This document shows, piece by piece, positions 42,601-48,821 of a stretch of 64,000 nt of DNA (position 1 is its first letter; the number at the start of each line of letters is the position of its first letter). Under the pieces are notes generated by a model. The model searched no databases. It was given only the letters and a program-made list of their open reading frames with translations, and was not told where the DNA came from. The position numbers were made by a program, and so were the translations under genes. The stretch is from IMG/VR virus record IMGVR_UViG_3300032304_001168; one strand, given 5' to 3'. This stretch comes from a virus.

Positions 42601-43249
42601 TTCCTCCTGAAATAGTACCAAAATAACTTATTGAAGTTGCTGAAGTTGCTGGAGTATTTAAGACATTAAAAATTTGATTTTGTAAATCAGTGTTTATTGT
42701 TGATGTTGACCCATTAAATAATTCATATGTGCTATTGATATCCGATGATAAGAAATCTGGTAATGTAGTTGTAAATTGTATTGAATCCACATTATTAGTA
42801 CATCCTGTAAAACCGATAGTATAATCAACGATTGTGAACCCAGTACAATCAGTTACACAATTTACTGTTGTAAATCCTGTACATTCAAAACCAACTGTTG
42901 ATTGGTCAACATTAGCCACTGTAACAATAGACCAAGAAGGTCCCGCATCATAACCTGATAACCCAAGAACTCTTGTTACGAATAATTGGTTTGATTGTTG
43001 TAAATATGCTTTAGCGATATATGCCGCTTCATATTTTGGAATTTGTGTGTTAATAAATTTCTCAGGTGAAGTTCCACCAAAGTAAGCTTGAAATTCGTCA
43101 AAGTTTGTAATAAAGATAGGTTCGAAGGCTGGACCTTTAAGAGTTTCACCAACAATACCCAAAGTTGTTACACCAACACTTTGAGAAACAAAGCTTAAAT
43201 CGACCTCGGAAGTATAAACACCAGGAGAAACGAATACTTTATTTGCCAT
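39677..43249 (-). CDS. Contractile tail sheath protein (gp18-like) with large insertions
   Basis: VSPGVYTSEVD N-terminus; PWFAAAG, RINPI, IWGNKT, RINVRRLL, FEQND, KPTKALEFI. Confidence 0.95.
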   Translation of the reverse strand: MANKVFVSPGVYTSEVDLSFVSQSVGVTTLGIVGETLKGPAFEPIFITNFDEFQAYFGGTSPEKFINTQIPKYEAAYIAKAYLQQSNQLFVTRVLGLSGYDAGPSWSIVTVANVDQSTVGFECTGFTTVNCVTDCTGFTIVDYTIGFTGCTNNVDSIQFTTTLPDFLSSDINSTYELFNGSTSTINTDLQNQIFNVLNTPATSATSISYFGTISGGTYDTLSAYTASTNVFGVDNVSSDLADYTASVNDTWYYATFDNVGNTDYTGYSFYNIVDSIVQTPTLSDCATIFSYSVSAATIGEVFGSINYNTNVINVCLPSGSTTADTTAMTITFSSCDTGVTSENVTQSATTTNVNFSALTKSYVVTSEDGSVITNWTVNLNLFDPCGLCASGNTGTPNTGTTLNCYSGTVSGQAFVYSGKSYTDYDDLVIATLRSRGLATYTTDDGAVYEVSGLTDVSMTCTGSYSGVTKNPFTTFGLNVTNKDNQTFFFETSFTNSDPKYLSKVFGVTNFSKQRTTVPLFVEEIFQSLLTYGYRKGYIRGLNCSLTALPNARQQTDPTSIAWYLEKYQSPESPWVVSELRGNKVFNLFKFVTIADGNDANYEVKLSISNISFNNGTFDVFVRDFFDNDSNPVVLEKFTNCSMNPNENNFIAKKIGTMDGEYALNSKFVMLVMNEDAPVDALPCGFEGYQFREYAGVRPPFPIYKTKYDFPGEVIYNPPFGLSSGSDDIIRSAGDNVRRTYLGISDTIGYDLDFYAYKGKQLPLSVCTDTSGDNWLYKTKGFHMDINASGITIGNSFATSGTPAFYVGSGTFTSDPTSESNPYYRLFARKFTLLCQGGFDGWDIYRESRTNEDKFILGRNGYLNGSCPSFRYPSATGWGAFKTITVGNNSVDYGNTDYYAYLLGQQTFSNPEAVNINVFVTPGIDYVNHSNLVEAAIEMVEFDRADSIYIVTTPDYKMFTPTTGDQLDLIYPQEAVDNLETAGIDSNYTATYYPWVLTRDTVNNTQIYIPPTAEVCKNLALTDNIAFPWFAAAGYTRGIVNAIKARKKLTQEDRDTLYKGRINPIATFSDVGTVIWGNKTLQIRESALDRINVRRLLLQARKLISAVSVRLLFEQNDDKVRQDFLNAVNPILDAIRRDRGLYDFRVTVSSDPADLDRNQLTGSIYIKPTKALEFIDITFYITPTGASFENI

Positions 43250-43338
43250 TTTTTTTTATTTTTAAATAATTTATTTTAAGATAAATATTACCCAAAAACA
43301 CAAAAAACTTTACTTTGTAATATGTATTAATAAATTGA

Positions 43339-43365
43339 GTAGAATAAATTCTACCTTTTTTCTAC
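43339..43365 (+). promoter_or_regulatory. Putative operator for the RHH gene: GTAGAA-N4-TTCTAC plus a third TTCTAC
   Basis: GTAGAA 43339-43344, TTCTAC 43349-43354 and TTCTAC 43360-43365, directly before ATG 43367. Confidence 0.45.
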
Positions 43366-43366
43366 T

Positions 43367-43531
43367 ATGGATAGTGAAGGCAAAAAAATAAAAAATTTAA
43401 AAATATCTCTAGAGGTTCACAATATACTTAAAAATTATTGTGATAAGAATGGGATTAAAATGTATAGATTCTTGGAAAGACTTATAATTGAAAAATGTAA
43501 GGAGAAAAAAGATATCTATGGGGATAGTTAA
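43367..43531 (+). CDS. Ribbon-helix-helix-type DNA-binding protein (54 aa)
   Basis: Below the track cutoff. MDSEGKKIKNLKISLEVHNILKNYCDKNGIKMYRFLERLIIEKCKEKKDIYGDS has the beta-strand, helix, G-turn, helix pattern of RHH proteins. Confidence 0.75.
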   Translation: MDSEGKKIKNLKISLEVHNILKNYCDKNGIKMYRFLERLIIEKCKEKKDIYGDS

Positions 43532-44565
43532 ACCAATAAAGGTCTTTCTATTTTAATCATTGATTGTAATGAGTTATCAGTTTTATCTACTTCAATTCTC
43601 AATACATCCCCAGTATTAATTTGAATCTCGTTAATATCACTCCCATAATAATCGTTATTTATATAAACATCAAAATTTTGAACATTATCAGTTTCTAATA
43701 TTGATAGATTTGTTGTATAATCTAATGTTTGTGATAATGTGGTATTACCAACAACAAATACAGCATCAAAAATATTAGGTAATGATGTATTTCTATTTTT
43801 TCCCCTCTTTATTGTGGTAGTATCTACTTCTAAAACTTGTAATACTCTAGTTATTGCTGGAGAAACCTCAAACTCATCTTCATCAATTAAAAATCCTAAC
43901 ATTATAAAATCATAACTTTGGATATAATATTTTCTTTTTTCCATATCCATTACTGATTCATCAGATATATTGCTCATTATTATTGGAATATAATGACCTT
44001 TAATTACTTGGTATGCTTGTCTAGAACTAAATTTTTCAATAACATTTTTATTAAATTTATTTAATTCTCTCATTCTATTACAAACAATTTTTACTTGAAA
44101 TGTAATATCTACAGGAACTGGTTGTGGTATTTTGTAAATATCCATACCACTTCTTTGACCATCCCAAGTTGGTACTTGAGCATAAAAATATTGTCTTCTA
44201 TTTGGTATAGTATATAATGTAGCTGGATTTGTACCATACTTTACTTCAGGGATTCTAACAATTGAAATAAATGGGGGCTCAACATTATTATCCAAATTTT
44301 GTATATCCCAAGTTTCAGTAAATTGTGCCCAATTTTGAGTTGTCATTAATATATCAATTGTTGGTATAACTTTACCATCAACAATAGTCTTTAATTCATT
44401 CTTAACAAAATCCAAAAAACCGCCATCCAAATCTGCGTGTAATAAAGACTTGGGTAAATAAGTACCATCTTTGTTAATCTTACCAACCAATTCTCTTCTT
44501 CTTTCCAAAAGAATCTTTGATTCAGTTAATGGTATATCTTTTTTTATTTTTTTTGGTAATGGCAT
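43528..44565 (-). CDS. Tail terminator / sheath stabiliser (T4 gp15-like)
   Basis: PPFISIVR and PQPVPVDITFQV; located between neck and sheath genes. Confidence 0.6.
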   Translation of the reverse strand: MPLPKKIKKDIPLTESKILLERRRELVGKINKDGTYLPKSLLHADLDGGFLDFVKNELKTIVDGKVIPTIDILMTTQNWAQFTETWDIQNLDNNVEPPFISIVRIPEVKYGTNPATLYTIPNRRQYFYAQVPTWDGQRSGMDIYKIPQPVPVDITFQVKIVCNRMRELNKFNKNVIEKFSSRQAYQVIKGHYIPIIMSNISDESVMDMEKRKYYIQSYDFIMLGFLIDEDEFEVSPAITRVLQVLEVDTTTIKRGKNRNTSLPNIFDAVFVVGNTTLSQTLDYTTNLSILETDNVQNFDVYINNDYYGSDINEIQINTGDVLRIEVDKTDNSLQSMIKIERPLLV

Positions 44566-44567
44566 AA

Positions 44568-45086
44568 TTACAATCCTCTAAATTCATTATCAACAACTGC
44601 CGAAGCTATTATTGTTCTATAATATGGTTTATAACCAGCATAGTTATGTTTATTGTCAGATACAACCCTTCCATCATTATTCACAACATAATATCTAATT
44701 CTATTCTCAGTTTCATTATAACCCAAATAATCACCAAAAGTTATATCAATTCCCAACTCATCCAATTGTTTTTGATATATTGAGAACCTCATATTACCAG
44801 GTTCGGTTTGGTTAATACCTGGTTTACTTCCCGCAATCTGTTTATTTTCAGGTGCTGATATTTGAACATATCCTTTTAATTCAATTGGGGGTAGAAATTT
44901 AATCCCATCCTTTAATGCTTCACCATATACATCATCAGTCTTTGTTTTCATTCTATCTATACGATATAATACAATGGTAAAGTTCATATCCCCATATAAC
45001 CATTCTTCACCGAATGAAATTTCCATTCGGTAGTCATTTTCATCAAAGAATTTACCAATTCTTGTTATAGGTATTTTATTTGTCAT
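44568..45086 (-). CDS. Neck / head-closure protein (T4 gp14-like)
   Basis: DDVYGEA...KFLPPIEL and GDYL...YYVV pattern; synteny. Confidence 0.6.
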   Translation of the reverse strand: MTNKIPITRIGKFFDENDYRMEISFGEEWLYGDMNFTIVLYRIDRMKTKTDDVYGEALKDGIKFLPPIELKGYVQISAPENKQIAGSKPGINQTEPGNMRFSIYQKQLDELGIDITFGDYLGYNETENRIRYYVVNNDGRVVSDNKHNYAGYKPYYRTIIASAVVDNEFRGL

Positions 45087-45133
45087 ATTGATAAATATTA
45101 AGATATCAACTATTTTTATGTTAAAAATTTACT

Positions 45134-47992
45134 TTGAGTTTAACAGGTAAAACATCTAATCTTATTGAATCTAAAGCACTTGATATTTTGGACACATATT
45201 CAGGTGGAAATAACTTTATTTTAAAACTAAAACATTATAAAGAAACCAATAAGAAATTCTATCCCACACGTTCCCAAGCTGAGTACATAATTAACTATCA
45301 TTCAGTTGAACCAAAGATTGCCAAGAAGTGGGTTAACATTGAACCCTATTTTGCAAATAAAATTGCGGATGAAAAAAATATGTTAACAATCCCAACTGAT
45401 ATTTGGGTTGAAAAGTTATTGGTGGATAAAGATAAATCATATCATATTTGGGGCAGATTTAACTCAGGTGACACTTTAACTGATATTTGGTTACCCAAGG
45501 CCGCATTACTAAAAACTCACAACACAGAGGAAGTTAAGATTAATTATTCAAAGTATAACCATAGACCCCCACTTGAACACCAAAAAATTGCAATAGAAAA
45601 ATTGGTTGGTAGTAAACGATTTATTTTAGCAGACGACATGGGACTGGGGAAGACGACCTCAGCAATAATTGCAGCACTTGAAACTAATGAAAAAAAGATT
45701 TTAATCGTTTGTCCTGCTTCACTTAAGTTAAATTGGGAGAGGGAAATTAGGAATTATACTGATAGAAGTGTATTTGTTGTTGATGGTAAAAACTTTTCCA
45801 ATGACCACGATTTTGTAATTGTTAATTATGATATACTTAAAAATTTCCATGACACAAAGAATCATAACGAATCAAAAATATTAAATCAATTTGATGTTAT
45901 ACTTGCTGATGAATGTTTTACCTATGATACATTAGTTAAAACAAACAAAGGTGATTTTAAAATTGGTGAAATCGTTGAAAACAATTTGGATGTTAAAGTA
46001 TTAACATATAATCATACCCACAAAATTATAGAATATAAAAACATATTAAGGAGATTAATTAAAAATACAGACACTATATATGAAATAAAATTACAAAATG
46101 GAGTATTTATAGAGTGTACTAATAACCATAAATTTTTTGTAAAAAATAAAGGATATGTCAGGGCAGACCAACTTTCAACCAACGATTTATTGTTTGAATT
46201 GTCAGAAAATATTAACCAAGAAACAAGTTTGGAAAAAAATACAAACTTGTTCACAAAGTTGTGGTACAACTTATCGTTACAAAATGAACCCCCCAAAGAA
46301 AAAAGAAAAAGAATTAAAATATACAAAAAGTTGTTTAAATTGTGGCAAAATTATGAACTTTTATACCATAAGTCAAATGAAAAAACAGAATTGTTGTTCA
46401 GTGGGTTGCGCATCAAAACTAAATTGGGAAAAAGGGAGTACGAGAGAAAGATACACAGAATCAATGAAAAAACACAATCGGTCTCAAATTATGAAAGACA
46501 TACACAAAAGAAATCCAAATCTTTCCAAAATGTCTTCACAACGTATGAAAGAGAACAACCCAATGAAAAATATAGAATCTGTAGAAAAAATGAGGAAAAA
46601 GTTAACTGGACGAACATTTCTTTCAAGAGGTGGGAACGGAAAATTAACACCACAACAGATATTATTACACCAAATGTTAGGAGACGAATGGATTATGGAA
46701 TTGCCTATACCTACGAGGGAATACAAAGGAACAGAAAAAAGTTTACCATTTTGTTACAAAGTAGACATTGCCCACCCAAAACAAAAAATTATTATAGAAA
46801 TAGATGGAAAATCTCACAAGACAGAAAAATGGAAATTTTTAGACAAACGGAAGACCAATATATTAACTTCGTTGGGGTGGAAAGTATTAAGATTTTGGAA
46901 CGAGGAAGTTGCGGAAACCCCTCAAATTTGTTTACAAAAAATACAAGAGTTTATGACTTAGAAACTGAAGATAATCATAATTATTTCGTTAATGGAATAC
47001 TTGTTAGTAATTGTCATTATGTTAATAATCCTCAGTCCCAAAGAACAAAGTTATTCAATGACTTTGTAAAGAAATCAAAATACCTTTGGTTGTTAACTGG
47101 TACACCAATGACAAATAGACCAATCAATTATTACAATTTATTGAATCTAATTGAAAGTCCTGTGGCTCAAAATTGGATGGCTTATGTCATTCGTTATTGT
47201 CAAGGTTATCAATTTAAGGCTGGGAATAGAAAAGTTTGGAATGTGAATGGGGCATCTAACTTGGAAGAGTTAAGAGATAGAACATCAAGACAAGTGTTGA
47301 GAAGATTAAAAACTGATGTATTAGATTTACCTGAAAAAATTATTACCCCAATCTATTTGAGATTAAAATCAAAACAATATGAAGAATTAATGGGGGAATA
47401 TTATGAGTGGTATAATAAACATCCAGAAGAATCAAAGTCATTAACTGTTCAATTCAACAAACTTATGAAAGTAAGACAAGTTATTGCTGATGAGAAAGTT
47501 CAGGAAACTATTGGTTTGATTGAAAATATATTGGAACAAGGTAAAAAAGTAATTGTATTTACAAACTTTACAGATAGTTTACAAAAAATACATTCCCATT
47601 TTGGAAAACAATCAGTTTATTTGGATGGAACTTGTAGTAAAGCTCAAAGACAATATTCGGTTGACCAATTCCAAGAAAACGATAAAATAAAAGTATTCGT
47701 TGGGAATATTCAAGCTGCAGGTGTTGGTATTACATTAACTGCGGGTGAGGTTGTATTGTTTAATGACTTATCTTTTGTTCCCGCACATCACCAACAAGCG
47801 GAAGATAGAGCATATCGTTATGGTCAAAAAAATTGTGTTTCAGTTTATTATCCCATATTTGAAAACACAATCGAAGGTGTTATCTATGATATGTTAATTA
47901 ATAAAAAGAATATCATTGATACTGTAATGGGGGACAATTTGGATAAGGCCGAATTCATTGAGCAAATTATGAATAGGATTAATAATATTTAA
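45134..47992 (+). CDS. SNF2-family (HARP/SMARCAL1-like) helicase containing an intein; about 586 aa after splicing
   Basis: LADDMGLGKT, VCPASLK, DE[intein]CH, LTGTP, LRRLKTDV, AGVGITLT, QAEDRAYRYGQ. Confidence 0.93.
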   Translation: MSLTGKTSNLIESKALDILDTYSGGNNFILKLKHYKETNKKFYPTRSQAEYIINYHSVEPKIAKKWVNIEPYFANKIADEKNMLTIPTDIWVEKLLVDKDKSYHIWGRFNSGDTLTDIWLPKAALLKTHNTEEVKINYSKYNHRPPLEHQKIAIEKLVGSKRFILADDMGLGKTTSAIIAALETNEKKILIVCPASLKLNWEREIRNYTDRSVFVVDGKNFSNDHDFVIVNYDILKNFHDTKNHNESKILNQFDVILADECFTYDTLVKTNKGDFKIGEIVENNLDVKVLTYNHTHKIIEYKNILRRLIKNTDTIYEIKLQNGVFIECTNNHKFFVKNKGYVRADQLSTNDLLFELSENINQETSLEKNTNLFTKLWYNLSLQNEPPKEKRKRIKIYKKLFKLWQNYELLYHKSNEKTELLFSGLRIKTKLGKREYERKIHRINEKTQSVSNYERHTQKKSKSFQNVFTTYEREQPNEKYRICRKNEEKVNWTNISFKRWERKINTTTDIITPNVRRRMDYGIAYTYEGIQRNRKKFTILLQSRHCPPKTKNYYRNRWKISQDRKMEIFRQTEDQYINFVGVESIKILERGSCGNPSNLFTKNTRVYDLETEDNHNYFVNGILVSNCHYVNNPQSQRTKLFNDFVKKSKYLWLLTGTPMTNRPINYYNLLNLIESPVAQNWMAYVIRYCQGYQFKAGNRKVWNVNGASNLEELRDRTSRQVLRRLKTDVLDLPEKIITPIYLRLKSKQYEELMGEYYEWYNKHPEESKSLTVQFNKLMKVRQVIADEKVQETIGLIENILEQGKKVIVFTNFTDSLQKIHSHFGKQSVYLDGTCSKAQRQYSVDQFQENDKIKVFVGNIQAAGVGITLTAGEVVLFNDLSFVPAHHQQAEDRAYRYGQKNCVSVYYPIFENTIEGVIYDMLINKKNIIDTVMGDNLDKAEFIEQIMNRINNI
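46104..46111 (+). promoter_or_regulatory. Putative late promoter motif TATTTATA inside the intein
   Basis: Same motif found before most structural genes; about 43 nt upstream of the overlapping endonuclease ATG. Confidence 0.45.
46155..46961 (+). CDS. Vsr/DUF559-family homing endonuclease overprinted in the +1 frame of the intein
   Basis: Two CxxC...CxxxC Zn-finger units, NUMOD3-like MKENNPMKNIESVEKMRKKLTG, and KVDIA...IIIEIDGKSH...DKRKTNILTSLGWKVLRFWNEEV. Confidence 0.9.
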   Translation: MSGQTNFQPTIYCLNCQKILTKKQVWKKIQTCSQSCGTTYRYKMNPPKKKEKELKYTKSCLNCGKIMNFYTISQMKKQNCCSVGCASKLNWEKGSTRERYTESMKKHNRSQIMKDIHKRNPNLSKMSSQRMKENNPMKNIESVEKMRKKLTGRTFLSRGGNGKLTPQQILLHQMLGDEWIMELPIPTREYKGTEKSLPFCYKVDIAHPKQKIIIEIDGKSHKTEKWKFLDKRKTNILTSLGWKVLRFWNEEVAETPQICLQKIQEFMT

Positions 47993-48046
47993 TCTAAATC
48001 TCTATATTTTTGTGGTACTATTATAGTATATATCAAAAATATTTTC

Positions 48047-48757
48047 TTATAATATTTCTTGATTTTTGTATAGTGTAAGAGCAAGTTCCCAGTTGTTTTC
48101 TGCTATATCTATTAGTTTATCAATTGTTTCTTTGTCTTTTTTTACACGTCTTAATTTTTTTAAGTAATAAGCCATCATTTCGCCTGGATCCGCTACAATA
48201 GTCAAATTACGTTCTCTTGCTTGTTTAAATTCAAATGCAGATTTTATTACGTAATCAGAAAAAAAGTAATTTTTTACGCTTAATTTAACTTCCCCTGTTG
48301 TAAAGAAATATTTAGCTTCATTAGCAGTTAATTTATAGTAGGTTTCATTAGAATCTTCAGATTTTATCAAATTATTTTCAAAAGTCCTAAGAATTTTATC
48401 ATATGATAGTAGATCCCCACTAGGATTGAAAATACTATTAGTTGAGCGTTTAAATCCATTACTACCAACTTTTTCAGAATATATTTTTTCATATTCTTCT
48501 TTAGTTTTTATCTCATTTAATTCATCCCAAGAAATATTATTTAAAGGCATACCAAAATAAAAACCCCATTTTATTTCAACGCCATTTTTATTTACAAATA
48601 CACCTATACCATCAGGTTTTCCTTTTTCAATATTTCCTGTAAATTTTCCTCCTTCATAAGGAAAATTTTTAAAAAAAAACTCATTCAATAATTTTTTGTT
48701 TTCTTTATTTACACCCATCATTGACTTCATTCTATCTATTTGTTCGTTAAGCTTCAT
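48047..48757 (-). CDS. Hypothetical protein with one MORN-like repeat and an N-terminal leader
   Basis: Leader MKLNEQIDRMKSMM...LLNE; YEGGKFTGNIEKGKPDGIGVF. Confidence 0.6.
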   Translation of the reverse strand: MKLNEQIDRMKSMMGVNKENKKLLNEFFFKNFPYEGGKFTGNIEKGKPDGIGVFVNKNGVEIKWGFYFGMPLNNISWDELNEIKTKEEYEKIYSEKVGSNGFKRSTNSIFNPSGDLLSYDKILRTFENNLIKSEDSNETYYKLTANEAKYFFTTGEVKLSVKNYFFSDYVIKSAFEFKQARERNLTIVADPGEMMAYYLKKLRRVKKDKETIDKLIDIAENNWELALTLYKNQEIL

Positions 48758-48821
48758 TTTAACTAAATTTATTTATAAATATAAATGATTAAAGTAATCT
48801 TTTAGAAGATATTTATATTTT

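Larger units (their letters stand above)
45914..47011 (+). mobile_element. Intein (366 aa) inserted in the Walker B DECH motif
   Basis: Block A CFTYDTLV, block B IECTNNHKF, block F VYDLETEDNHNYF, block G ILVSN followed by +1 Cys; splicing restores DECH. Confidence 0.95.
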
